DNA from: Amphiscolops sp. MND2022
Taxonomy: Eukaryota
DNA length: 64,000 nucleotides
Assembly (NCBI GenBank): GCA_964187785.1
Contig: OZ076410.1
Location: 26,784,001-26,848,000, forward strand
Direction of reading: 5' to 3'
Made by a program: the position numbers and the translations under genes. Each line of letters begins with the position of its first letter. Within the stretch, counting starts at the first letter, position 1. Shown here piece by piece: positions 11,791 to 24,280 of this stretch. The notes beneath the pieces are model-generated. The model was not told where the DNA came from, did not search any database, and saw nothing but the letters and a program-made list of their open reading frames with translations.

Positions 11791-12900
11791 AAAGGGATTG
11801 AATTTTTTTGATTTCATGCTGTTGGAGCATTGAGTCCTGCCAGTCAAAATTGCTAAAAAACTTGCGTCGAGACTCTTCGTGATCGTTCGAACTTAGCATT
11901 TCCGCTTCTCGCAAGTTGCTCAATTCTTTGAGGATTCGTATCTGTACTGGCGTGTGAGACTCCTCGTCGCCTGGGTTTTCGGGTTTCGGGAACCAATAAT
12001 GTTCGTATTGGTCATTGTTGCGGTTCGCTTTGAGCATACTACTAATGTAGTAGACTGCATTTTCCTCATTTTCGTTGAGCAAATGCTACTTGGTCACTGG
12101 GTCCATTGGTTTTACGTGCTTCATTTGCTCTGGAATCATGACTGAGAGAATTGCAATGTGCAGCCCCTTTTTGAGTTTGTAAGGTTAATCCGAGAAAATG
12201 TTGATTGGTTTCCTCATTGTCCCTTCTAGTACGTGGCACAATATAGCCTCCATGACGTTCGAGTACTTGTGGTCAGCCGTCTTTATTTGCTTTGAGAAAA
12301 ATGGGAAATTCAAGTTGTCTTGTCGCATGTCCAGGACAGTGTGGTTCCTTTGCAGGAACAGTAGTCCTATTTTTGTGCCAGTGAGTTTCCCCATGGCGAT
12401 GAAAAGTTCGACGCTGCTTTTCGGAGTCTCAAGATGACCGTTCGCGACTAAACTTCGAAAGGTGGGCGCAGGACCTGCTTTTACTATCAACTGGGAGGGG
12501 GGGGGCAGAGAGTCGGATCCTACTGAGGTCAGCCTCTGGTATGGCAATTGATAATGCCCCAGTGTCTATTAGTTCATCAATGGTCAGTTCTACCAAATCC
12601 ATTGGAAAATATAGCATTCTTCGTTTGTATTCAAGAGCGTGGTTTGTCGATAGGGGAATCTATGTTGGTTCTCCTTATTTGGCGACTGGGACGTGTAAGA
12701 CTACCTTCTTGTCTAGCAGTCCTCGTTCGTCCTGAGGCTTACATTCGTGTAGTGATTCCGCTATTTCCTCTAAGGCATTAAGTTCCGAATTTGGCTGCCA
12801 AAGTTCGATGAGTGCTCGGGTTAGTCTGTTGTCTTCGATCACAGGATTGTTCTCATCGTCTGTTGGGGGGTAATCGTCGCATTTGAAATGTAGTCTTTAG
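11790..12900 (-). pseudogene. gypsy aspartic protease and PR-RT linker (G2)
   Basis: LIDTGALSIAIPE active-site motif near 12570; IGLLFLQRNHTVLDMRQ; YWFPKPENPG. Confidence 0.8.
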
Positions 12901-12999
12901 TATAGTTATTTTCATAGAATCTGTCTGGGCGATCTTTATGTACTTTTTCATAGGTTTTGATTTAGGCTTTTCCGTCTGTTGCTGTCAGACAGCGGACGG

Positions 13000-14790
13000 A
13001 AAACCATTTGTATCCTTGATAACTTGGCTGAGTTTAATTATTGGAGGGTCTGATTAGACGTACTGTCACGTACTGTCGCATCGACATGTAGTCATGTATT
13101 GCAAAATATTTTTTTTGATCGAGGCTTCCTTGAAATGATTGGCCTGAAGTTGACGATTCTGCATTCTTGGCCTTGTTGGATGTTCCTTCATCACTTTCGG
13201 GATCATTGGCTTTGTCATCTGGTCGAGTCTTTTTAGGACGTAAATGAGCGCGTTCCTTTCTTTGGGATGATTCTTTTTCTCACATGTTTCACATGGCGGG
13301 TTTGTTTGACGGTGCGGTTTTATACCACTTTTGTCCTCCATTTCTTTTTCCTTTTTAAAAATCGGACAACTTCTCCGGAAATTGTCATTTGCTTTGCAAA
13401 AAGAGCATTGGCACCTTTGTTGGTGTCAATCCCATTGGACAGCAAGTTGCTGATTTTGCTGAGGCCATCGTGGCCATTGGTAGGTCATCTGATTCCTCCT
13501 CCGATGCATTGAGTTCTAGCTCTTTTTCTATATGTGCAACAATCTCTTCATATGTACCGTTCTATAGGCGGTCCATATTGACAGATCGTTTTAGTTTTGC
13601 AGGCAGCCTAGCGTACAACAAGCTGTACATCTTGCTTTTTGCGTTTTCACCAAACGTTTTTTCAACACATTGGTTTAGTTATTCCAAGAAATCCGGCAGT
13701 TTCATGGTATCAGGGTCGAAAATGAGCCTATGTCTTTTGTGTTTTTAGTCGTTTCTTGTGATTCCGGTTTCACGTATTTTCTGCGAAAATTGGCCAGCAC
13801 GTCCTCCAACGTTTGACGGTTTATCGATTTTATGTTCTTGAATGTCTCCAATGGCCCTTGTCTCAGCAATGAGTTTGAAATGATTTTATTTCATTTGCTA
13901 TGTCATTGCAGGTTGCATTTTAATCATCGTGTGGAACAAGTCCTCGAAGTGCTCGACTTTCTCGCTCTTGCCATCAAATGTCATCGGTGTTGTAGTGATT
14001 GGTCTAATCGTCATTGATTGTAGTTTGTTCTGCAGATTGACCTGTACGTCGGCCAATCTGCTGAGAGGATCCTGGGGTGGGACAAGGAGACAGGGCTGAC
14101 AGGGTCGTGTCCAAAGAAATATTGAGGATCGATTCTTGTCTCTCCAGGTTCGGATTTGAATGGATTCGTCCTGTCAAGAATTCAGGAATTTGCCGTAGGG
14201 TGTCAGTAGCTCATGTCACCATGTAAGGACTCAGGTCCTCCGTGTCTCTTAGATGAAGAGCAGGCCCATGGTCCTTTTGTGTAATTTCAGTTTTTCAGTT
14301 GTTTCATTATTGTTCCCCTTATTATTCGATGACAAACCGGACTCAGTGTCTCTATTCCTCGAAGATATCGAACACAAAATATTCTGAATCTCTGAAATCA
14401 CTCTCTCGGAAATCGCACAGCTAATAGCTCTATTCATCTGGGAATGCATCGTGGACATCATGGAATCCTCATCATGGAATCCTCGCGAGAGCTTCATGTT
14501 GGTTTCATTTGATAATGTTTGCACTGATTCCAAAATTCTATCATGCCAAGGAGGCTGGCCTTCGTGGTCGTAGTTTCTGATTTCAATTTCATCAGAGAGT
14601 TTTGTCCTAATATGCAAATCAGACTCGAGGTCATTTTGCCAATTGAACCCTTGATCATTTTACCTAATTCTCTTTCTTGGAGATTTGCGTTTTCATTTCC
14701 AAGCAAAACGTCCATATTTTCAAAATCGGACGTCATGTCCATCTCTCTTGACCTTCTAGCTTTCTCCTTTTGTCTTTTTGTAGATGGCAA
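13000..14790 (-). pseudogene. gypsy gag (G2), including LTR-encoded N-terminus
   Basis: MPSTKRQKEKARRSREMDM... then SPYMVT*ATDT across the LTR/PBS junction, FDGKSEKVEHFEDLFHTMIKMQP, FRRKYVKPES, degenerate Zn knuckle PPCETCEKKNH. Confidence 0.8.
14202..14221 (-). promoter_or_regulatory. primer-binding site of G2 (tRNA-Leu-like, degenerate)
   Basis: TGGTGACATGAG directly follows the LTR end CCTTACA; resembles TGGTGTCAGGAG, the complement of a tRNA-Leu 3' end. Confidence 0.55.
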
Positions 14791-15294
14791 AAGAATTGTG
14801 CGAGAGAGTAATATTTAAACTGGTTATTTCAGAACTTTCAACTTTCACAATCAGGTTAATAAGGGAAAATGTGTCAATGCCTTCTGGGATGCTCTACATA
14901 TACTCCCAGAAGTATGATATTCCATTTCGGAGAAGTCATGGTACTAAAAATATAATCACTACCACCGAAAACAGAAACGTATCAATAAATAGCAACATGA
15001 CGTGTGAAGTTCAAAGCGCTAGCGGCAACATTTGTTTATGCCGCCACCTGGTCCACATAAACATTATATAACATAGCAACGTGTAATACATGCAAATCCG
15101 ATTGTCGTAACATTACATGTAGTGTATATGTAGGCAACATGACATCAAGCCATAAGGGCCGAAATGTATATATGTATACCGCAACAGTGAATGATTTTCA
15201 TAATCAGTATCAGTTATTTCATGCTGGGGCAGAATAGAGGATTATATAAAAAATACATGCATTCAAACTTACATAACAAAATACTTCACTTACA
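14222..15294 (-). repeat. 5' LTR of G2 (outer boundary approximate)
   Basis: Ends AGTCCTTACA at 14231-14222; candidate TGTAAG starts at 15294 or 15273 on the minus strand. Confidence 0.55.
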
Positions 15295-16524
15295 TGCATT
15301 GTTTGAAACAAGCTCAAATGATTGCTATAACTAGGCGTAGTTTTAGTTTCAAAGTTTTGTCTTGTTTATTCCAGGACGGCCTGTCGGGCTTTCTTAGTCG
15401 AGAGGAATTGTCCCAGGGAGAGTGTTATAGTAGTTGTAAGAGATGGAGTACCAATTTCCATCGCATGCGGCAGCTTGCGACAATAATCCTAACCATTATA
15501 TTGACTGTCAGTTGAAAGTTGCCGATCAGATTTTCATCACGGATAAAATTTGCGTTGAAACAGGGGCGTTTTAATACTATTTTATCTTGCTCCAAGCGTG
15601 AATTTTTGCATTTTGGACAAAAATATAATTAAACCAGGGTAATTTTTTGCCTGAAGTGTCAAAACAGTTGTGGAAACAATCCTTTAAGTATTTACATTCA
15701 TATAATATTCTCTAACTAGTGAAATATTTTTATTCAAGAACAAAATGTGCTTTCGTGTTGGGGGGGGTATGTAATTTCCAACAAGGTGTACCTGGGGGGA
15801 AATTCAACACATGGGTTTTTCTTGAAATGCCTTTGAGCCTTCAGGCAATCTTCTCTGGGTCCTCCCATTTAAATTTTTATCATTGTGTTGATCAGGTAAA
15901 TTGTTTTTTGCTTAAGTGGACTGCCCTCTGAGAAATTATTAATATACAACTGGTTTTCATATAGAAACTCGATCCCAGGTTGAATTTTTTGAAAGGTGTG
16001 TTTGCTTGAATAGCCTTTGTTTTGTTTGCGCTCTTTTTGTTATGAAAGAAATACAGTTTCTATTTAATGGAAGATTGTCTTTCAGTTCTAGCAGAACTTA
16101 GACAATTAGATAAAGGATAGGGTACACATTCTCTATTGCCACTAATGTGATTGATAGCTTACTAGACTGCCCTTCGCGTAATCACAACTCAGCAAAAGCT
16201 CTCAGAAATTGTCACTCATCAAGTACAAATAATGTCCATGCATTGAGAGAGGAGACAGACTTTTAAAATTTACGTACTCGCGCATGGTCGAAAGAATTTC
16301 AATATTGGAGAGCAGAGCGAATGAAACAACTATGTACAAAATGCTCGGTGGCGAAATTCAGGGTCAATGAAATATTGGATTTACTCTTCATCAGAGACTT
16401 AATCATTTAAGAAGTATTCATTTCGTCTATCGGTAAACCATGGAATTTCATTTATGAGTTTTTTCTTACTCGCGCATTTGTCAATAGGATCAGTCTGTTT
16501 CAGTATTCAGTAGTAAATTTCGAT

Positions 16525-16953
16525 GTGAATTTGTACTCTAACGGCTGCGAGAAAATTGAAAATTTTGAGTTTTTTTACTACGGACGCACATTTTCATCAT
16601 ACAGCAACACGAGCGCCCAAACGAACCAAAGGAGATTATTTCAAATTATTGCTGGATATTTTTTGAAAGATCTTTCAAACTACGAACTTCGCCAGGTCCT
16701 GGAGCTATTTGAAATTGGAATTGGCAACTATCTCTCTTTTCGAAAAGGTATGTTTAAAGACTTCGATATTCAACTGCGTGTCGCGTATATAGCCGAAATT
16801 GAAAAACTTCAAAAGGGAATAAATCGAGTATATTTACTTCTAACACATGACCGAGGTTTATTTGGCATCGACTACAGGCAGCACATGACTCCGAGGCCCA
16901 AGGCAAATGGAAAAAGAGAGTTCAAACAATGGGTTATTCACAAAAAACTGTAA
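16525..16953 (+). CDS. orphan ORF, 142 aa
   Basis: Long open frame in AT-rich DNA, starting at GTG; no recognisable motif. Confidence 0.25.
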   Translation: MNLYSNGCEKIENFEFFYYGRTFSSYSNTSAQTNQRRLFQIIAGYFLKDLSNYELRQVLELFEIGIGNYLSFRKGMFKDFDIQLRVAYIAEIEKLQKGINRVYLLLTHDRGLFGIDYRQHMTPRPKANGKREFKQWVIHKKL

Positions 16954-17239
16954 CCTATTATATAAACCCACGGATATTACCATCATCAGCAAATTTCAGT
17001 GAAGGGTGAAACTTTTTACCCAGATTCAAGGAGGAAATTAACAAGAATACAACCCTTTCAACAAGATGTGCCGAATCACTTTACATGGAATGGTTGTATT
17101 TTATAAATTTCAGACTGTTAAAGTAGACATTTTCAGAATAACCTATCAGCACATGTTTGAGAATAGGACGTACCATCTTACCATGGTAATAGTCGGAGGT
17201 TGGCGGTCTTTATTCCAATCGTTAGCCCAAACCCTAATT

Positions 17240-17560
17240 AGCTTATCCCCCAAGTTTCAAGTTCCTACCTATGGTAGTTTTTGAGAAAAGTGATTTTGAA
17301 AAAGCTTAAAAGCTCAAAAATTACGTGAAAAGCACTCAAGTGGAAACTTTTTCCAGACTTAAACTTGCAGAGATTACAAATAGCTCAATAAAAATGATAT
17401 AACTCGACAAATATTTTGAGATACAACAAAGTATAATATACTGTTGAAAAGGTCTTGACAAGGGCTATCGATCTAGATATATTTCGAAAACCTCGACTGT
17501 ATACGTTTAAACTGAAACTTCGAAAAACCTGAAACCCTTGAACATGAAGAGGTTATAATA
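17240..17560 (-). repeat. interspersed non-autonomous repeat related to the 30640/32900/35150 family
   Basis: Reverse complement contains ttttctcaaa.acta...gaacttgaaacttgg, matching ttttctcaaatacta...gacttgaaacttgg at ~30696-30735. Confidence 0.35.
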
Positions 17561-18029
17561 TTTCAACATATCACGGTGTATGATGCATCATTGGAAAGGT
17601 CTGGAAATTCTGATCACCGTTTTTAAAAGTCTTGATGATTGGGCATCCACAGCTGAAACTATACCATCTGCAACCCGAAATATTAATTATGTAGAGATTT
17701 TGAAACTTTTTACAATAGTATACACCATTTGAAAGTTCTTGAAAACGGAACTTCAAGTAAATTTATTCCAAGACTAAGCACTCAAGTTTGAAAAAAAGAA
17801 ACCGAAACCCCGAAAAATAACCCGGGAACACTGAGACGTGAAATTGAATCAGAGTTATTCATGAGGCCTAATGAAAGAAAAAACTGATATATATCATTTG
17901 AATGAAAAGCCAACAGTTTGAGTTTTAAAAACATCCGGCGAAACTATCACATCAATAATTGCACACCTAATGAAACAAAAAAATAAATCATGAACATGTC
18001 TCAGACATATACAAATATGTCTGAATGTA

Positions 18030-18680
18030 AACAAAGAATAACTAAAGAAGTCTTCGCCCCTGTAATTAAACAACTTGATCGCTTGAAAACATTTTCGTTA
18101 AAAAGACGATCATTGGTCTATCGACTTGATTGATCGCTCAAGTTTAGGCAAATACAAAAAGTGTGGTGGGATAGAGGTAAAGAGTTTCCGATTGACAACA
18201 ATTTTGGAGTCTCTTAAAAAAATGAACATGAAATTGATTCACCTCTTTAAGGTTTGAAAGCTGTTTTTGTTGAAGTCTTCAATAGAATACTAATAGATCT
18301 TATAAAAGAACCAAGGTATTTTGAAAGTAACCTTGTTGGTTGAATCAGCTTGATGCTGCTTTGGAAAAGTATAACAATCATGTGCATCGTGCGATTCGTA
18401 TGACAAGTTTTGAAGCAAGTAATGACAAACCAATGCCTAATATATTACCTGGTAAAAATTTTTTCCCCAAATTTTCAAATGGCAAAATTGTAACAGATCC
18501 CGATAAAAGGAACAATTATTCAAAAGGTAATACAACCAATTGGAACAGAAATTAGAACTTTTTAAAATGCAAAGAATTAACACAACTAACCCAGTTTCGT
18601 ATACTTTAGAAGACAAAAACGCCGAACATGTAGAAGGAAAACTTTCAACACATCTGATATGCCGCAAAAGTGGAAAATAT
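18030..18680 (+). pseudogene. Polinton-type retroviral integrase, copy 1 (internally deleted)
   Basis: DDHWSIDLIDRS, KVWWDRGKEF, FNRILIDLIKEP, PDKRNNYSKGNTTNWNR. Confidence 0.8.
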
Positions 18681-19029
18681 CATCAAGTGTAACGTGTTTT
18701 TTTCGTAGAACGAGACCGTACCGTATTCTCGTCAAACAGTGCATCGTGTTCATTGCGGATTGTGATGCACAGTGTAATCAAAATTTGTGATTGTGATTAT
18801 TGAGAGAGTCGTAATTATAGAGAGTGTAAAGTAGTCATTTACTGTATTTGTATTACTACGCCTGACGCCAAATCTTAACAGTGTTACGGGCAAAACTCGC
18901 AACACCTATCTGAAACAAGAACGCGTTTTTATCGGATGTTAATCTTACTTTCAAGATCTTGCTAGTTCGTTGCAGCACATGTATCATAATTTTATAAACA
19001 AGAACTGTTTAAAAATTATTGAACTTCGA

Positions 19030-19860
19030 ATCTAACTACAAAACGTTAGAAAATATGAATATTATAGATCAATATTAGTAATTATTCAATTATGATGGCT
19101 CTGGCAAAGTTTGATCTCATTCCTCTTTATAAAGATGAATATTGATCTATCAATTTATTTGATGGCTGAAGTTTGAGCAAATATAACAACAACCTCGAAT
19201 TTTATTTTTACGACCATTGATAAATATATACAAGACGCTTGGGCAATTCTTCTTAAAGATAAATCGGGAAAAAACACAAAGAGAGTATTCAAGAAACTAA
19301 CAGAGACTACGAAAAGATAACCTAAAAAGTGTGGTCGGATAGAGGTGAAGTATTTCATAATGAAACATTTTTGAAACTTCTTAAGCAAAGTGAACTTCAA
19401 ATTTATTCAACTCATTCAGATTTCAGAGCTGTTTTTGATGAACGATTCAATAGAACATTATTAGATGTTATAAAAGAACCAATGTATTTTGAAGGTAAAG
19501 CTTGTTGGTTGAATCATCTTGATGCTGCTTTTGAAACGTATAAGAATTGTTTGCATCGTGAGATTCGTATGACACCTTTTGAAGCTAATAATGACAAACC
19601 AATGCTTAATATAATACCTAGTAATAAATATTTTCCCTAAAATTAAATGGGAGATTCAGTAGGAGTTTCCGATAGAAGGAACATTTATTTAAAATGTTAT
19701 ACAACAAATTGTATTAGAAATTTTTGCTCAAAATTAACACTACTAACCCAGTTAATTATACATTAGAAAACGGAAATGCCGAACAAATGAATGGAATACA
19801 TTATGAACAAAAACTCTTAGGAAATGTATTCACCTTTGAATCTAACAACAAAATGTTAGA
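19030..19860 (+). pseudogene. Polinton-type retroviral integrase, copy 2
   Basis: AWAILLKDKSG, KVWSDRGEVFHN, FDERFNRTLLDVIKEP, IRMTPFEA, C-terminal VFTFESNNK. Confidence 0.85.
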
Positions 19861-20959
19861 CAGCATTTTCCGTCAATATGATTAATTTTTCAATTACAAA
19901 TGTCAGTATACAAGTTTGGTTATAGTGCTGAAAGCTTGCAAAAAGATAAATGTGAAAGTTTGGAAAACAACTGGAATCACAAACCAAATTAATTAACATA
20001 AAACCAATGGATATGTCTAATAATTTAGAAAACATGGTAATGAAAGTGATAGTCTTGATAGCTTAGAAGACATTATATTTAACAACGGCGAAACACAAGT
20101 CTTAGACAATGCAAAGTTGTTCTTAGATATAAAAAATATAAAAGATATTGTGATAGTTTTGAAATATTTAAAACAAAAAAAATAATATATTAGAAAGAAA
20201 TGAAATTATTTAGGATGCTGCTAATTTAGGAGAAGAACAGCAAACTTTTTTACGAAATCACTTCGAACGAAACCTCATTTTAGAATTTTGGAAGCAACAA
20301 GACCTGCCAGAGTCGAAGATGTTATCCAAATTTTGTATAATAAAGGACTGTTTGACTCATTTGAAGATTTGGACCAAATCTTTGAATCATATTTGCGCTT
20401 TACAGAGGAGACTTGATTGAGAAGTATGGAACATTAATAAAAACATCAGGTGGTGTGTATTGTGTATCAGACTTGGACTATTCAACAAGAGAAGATATCG
20501 ATCGTGAAGTGCCTGAATAGGATGAATTCTTAAAATTAGAAAGAAACTATCCAATACCGAGCTCAACGTCATAACTTTTGACTTTTTAAACGAGTGAAAA
20601 ACTTTTCCTAGTTTGCAGCAGCATGCGCTTTGATTCAGAACTTCAAGATGTTTTACCGACCTAAATGATCCGATCTGAATTTATATTCAGAATTACACAC
20701 TGGACAAAATTTCCTATTCATCTTCATTATTTTTACAGAATATATTAAATATTTACATTCAGTTTTAGAAATTATTCATTTTTTAAAAAAAATTGGGAAT
20801 AGATTTATCCAAGAATTTTTTGTATATTGAGTTATATCTGCATATGATTATCTACCACCAATAACGATAGGAGAATTTTTTCTCGTTCGAATATTTCTGC
20901 TACTTTGGTACATTTTTGTTGAATTTTGTATCATATTTTGGATATATTGGTCATTTGGT

Positions 20960-21890
20960 CATATATTTGCCCTAGGCATCGAAAATAACTATACAAACCG
21001 ATAAAACGTTTTGAAGGATTCAAGTATTGTCATTCAACAACTAATTGTGAAAACCAACATCTTACTACTCCAATCACCAATACAAGTTGTCAACTTTTGG
21101 TATATGATAGTTTATGCTCGGGCAACTAGTTTTTTTTGAAATTTTGCTTAGCTGAAAACTTAGTTTTTCGCAGGGACTCGACCGAGTTTCACGAACAAAG
21201 CTTTGTCGATTAACTACACTTAGGAAAAAATAAACATATATCAACTAGAAAACAAAACGGGAACACTGGACGATGCTGTTGCGTTCAAACAACCGAAAAC
21301 AAAAGTAGAAGACTTGTTCAGGTACGGACGTCATAAAAACAAGCAAGTATTTTACCTTGCATTTTATGCCAAAGATGTTCTCCCTGTAGTCAGAGAGAAT
21401 TGTTCAAAAGTTGTACATGGCAAATAACAACCCGTATAATCTCTTCGAAAGCATCCCAAGCACATATTCAATAAAAGATGCACTACAAAAGTGGAAACAT
21501 TGCCATGATCAGTTAGCCTACGGAACAACTGAGTTTGATACAAGATCACAAAGAATTTATAGAATTATAATCCTAAACGAGAAGTATAAAATAATATACG
21601 ATTATACTTTTAAAAACCAAGTGAGGTCAATTCAACCAATGAGAAATATTTCTTTACAGGTGATGAGTACAACCAGTTAAAAATTTTGCTAGAAGAGATG
21701 TCGGATCAGACTATCAAAATAACTCCTGAAATTATAACTTATTATTTTGTTGCATATTGCAAACAAAACAAGATCAAAGTGAAAGAATCTAAAATAGATA
21801 CCTATGGTGAACGTAAGCAACAACCCTTAATATCACCACAACTCACGAGGAATTCAAGAAAACAATTCTGCCCAGGCAGTCAATTTCACT
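20960..21890 (+). pseudogene. A32/FtsK-like packaging ATPase 1 (unit 1)
   Basis: Degenerate Walker A YDSLCSG(K)TS, Walker B TLDDA, FRYGRHKN. Confidence 0.7.
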
Positions 21891-21947
21891 AAAAATATGT
21901 GAACAATCTAGCAAAATTGATGGGTTTGATTTCCTAGTAATTTTTGG

Positions 21948-22051
21948 TCACTAAGCATTTCACAAAGAGCACTATGAGCATACGTTTTTAACACTACAAG
22001 GTGGGGGCCTCTGTTCCCCGAAAATTGCTGTCATAGTGAAATGCTTAGTGA
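21948..22051. other. 16-bp perfect inverted repeat / stem-loop between ATPase 1 and Zn-finger ORF
   Basis: tcactaagcatttcac (21948-21963) and gtgaaatgcttagtga (22036-22051). Confidence 0.85.
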
Positions 22052-22077
22052 TTTTCTCAGTGAATTTTACTAAATAA

Positions 22078-22320
22078 ATGAAGTGCCTAAGTTGTTTCGA
22101 AAGTAGTGAAAACTCAGTTTTTGCCGATTGTAAGAATAAAAAGAGGTGCAAGGAGTGTCATTTTTTGAATACAGGTTTCAATAAAGATAACAACACCAAA
22201 ATGCACGCCAAATCCTAGAAAGTTTCATTTAAATTGAAATGTGAATACTGTAATCGAGAATTCAACAAAACCTGCATATCAAAACATATCAAAATACAAT
22301 CGTTCAATCAAAATTGATAT
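22078..22320 (+). pseudogene. small Cys/His-rich (zinc-finger-like) Polinton ORF; copy at ~28858-29100
   Basis: MKCLSCF..CKNKKRCKEC..KCEYCNREFNKTCISKHIK. Confidence 0.5.
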
Positions 22321-22990
22321 GAATGATGCAAATACAAATAAAATTGATATGAATGAAATGAATAGAAATAAAATTGATGCATCTGATGAAGAATCGGCAT
22401 TAAATTGAACACTAAGAGTTGGTCCTCCATTTGATGGAAAGACCTACTTGTTTTTAAATAAAATACAATTAGTTCGGTTGAATATCCCCTTGAGAAGTAC
22501 AAAAAGAACAACATCTCCGAAACACTACGAGACTCTAAAGGCAAAATTGTCTGATATATCAGTGGAAGAAGATGTAAAAGATAGAACAATACAACACTAC
22601 CAAGATTGTTGTGTTGTGTTTGATGATATGTTAGACTCCAAGCAGGAATTACTAGATCCATTTTTCACAAGGGGAAGAAACTCAGTTGTTGATGTTTCTT
22701 ATTTATCAAAAAGTTACGTCGATTTACCTAAATGTACCATTAGGAACAACTCGAACCATTAAATTTTATTTCAACAAACAATGACGAAGTAGAACATATT
22801 TAAAGAGACACAGCTGGATTTGATATGTCTTAAGACGAGTTCAAAAGTTTATACTGGGAGGCCTGGAAAGAAAAGTATAACTATTTATTATTAAACAGTC
22901 TAGAAGATAAATTTAAAAGTAAATATAAAATCTGTAGTGAATCTAATCCGGAGTATAAAGTCTATAATCCGCAACCGAATCCATTTTGAA
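22319..22990 (+). pseudogene. A32/FtsK-like packaging ATPase 2 (unit 1)
   Basis: Walker A VGPPFDGKTYL, Walker B VVFDDML, FFTRGRN, LPKCTIRNNSN; N-terminal 30-bp tandem repeat encoding KIDMN units. Confidence 0.8.
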
Positions 22991-23218
22991 ATGAAAAAAA
23001 TACAAGGCTTTCTTTCTTTTGAAATAATTTATCTTATAGTTCAGCTTTAAATTTTGTTAAATCTTTGTCTAATTTGAGACCTAGTTGTTCAAAACACAAT
23101 AAATCGGATAGATTGTTTAGCCTTGATTGAAGTTCAAAATTTTCTTTCGGAAGGTTTTGAATTTCTGTTTTTTTTGAATTCATTAGATTGATTATCCTTT
23201 CTTATTTTTAAACTAGTT

Positions 23219-23440
23219 TCAAATTTCATCATGAACTAAAAGCTTAGATAATGTTTTGGTGTTGATGTGTTGTAATATATTCAAATTCCAGGAGTTAATC
23301 ACTGATGTGGATGATTTGTTCTCTAAGTATATAACAATCGATTCCTCTTTTTTTTCTAACGCGATTACTTTTAACTGATTTACAAGCTCATTTGGATCAG
23401 AAGGAAGAAAGATATATTGAACAGTATTCAACTTCCCAAT
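23219..23440 (-). pseudogene. conserved Polinton small ORF (LPSDPNELVNQLK motif); copy at ~30000-30200
   Basis: FLPSDPNELVNQLKVIALEK matches the DPNELxxxLxLL motif common in Polinton ORFs. Confidence 0.55.
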
Positions 23441-24280
23441 TGACGTTGAAATAAATGTTCATTTATTTTTATATCTGATTACTGTTTTATCTCCATAATT
23501 CAGATCATATTTCAAATCATCTAAAACCATTTGATTATGTCCGCGTTTTGTATATGTCTATCCATTTGCGTATTGATTATAAAATATGAAAGATCCGGAT
23601 CGTTTAAATCCTGTGTGTTGCCACTGCCACTACTCAAAACTGTCAGAGTTGTAGCTTTAATTAATGTTTGTTGAGGATTAGTGGGCTTAATTGTGAATAA
23701 TTGTGAACTTCCTTCAACAGGTTCTATAAATGAATTGACTTTTGTTTTTGTCAGGAAGTGTATTCACCTTTGAATCTAACAACAAAACCTTAGACAGCAT
23801 TTTCCGTCAATATGAGTAATTTTTCAATTACAAATGTCAGTACACAAGTTTGGTCATAGTGCTGAGAGCTTGCAAAAAGATAAAATTGAAAGTTTGGAAA
23901 ACAACTGGAATCACAAACCAAATTATTTAACATGAAATCAATGGATATGTCAAATAATTTAGAAAACATGGTAATGAAAGTGATAGTCTTGATAACTTAG
24001 AAGACATTATATTTAACAACGGCGAACCACAAGTCTTAGACAATGCAAGGTTGTTCTTAGATTTAAAAAATATGAAAGATAATGTGACAATTTTGAAATG
24101 TTTAAAACAAAAAAATTAAAAATAATATATTAGAAAGAAAATTAAATTATTTAGGATGCTGCTAATTTAGTAGAAGAACAGCAAACTTTCTTAAGAAATC
24201 ACTTCGAACGAAACCTCATTTTAGAATTGGAAGCAACAAGACCTGCCACAGCCGAAGATGTTATCAAAATTTTGTATAAT

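Larger units (their letters stand above)
3830..15294 (-). mobile_element. Ty3/gypsy LTR retrotransposon G2, degenerate, 3' LTR missing
   Basis: On the minus strand in order: LTR, PBS, gag, protease, RT, RNase H, integrase (gypsy order), then ~5 kb of accessory ORFs; many stops and frameshifts. Confidence 0.9.
19820..23753 (+). repeat. Polinton tandem unit 1 (~3.93 kb)
   Basis: Colinear with 23754-30532 once the LINE is removed; both start gga(a/g)tgtattcacctttgaatc and end gaattgacttttgttt..gtca. Confidence 0.9.
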
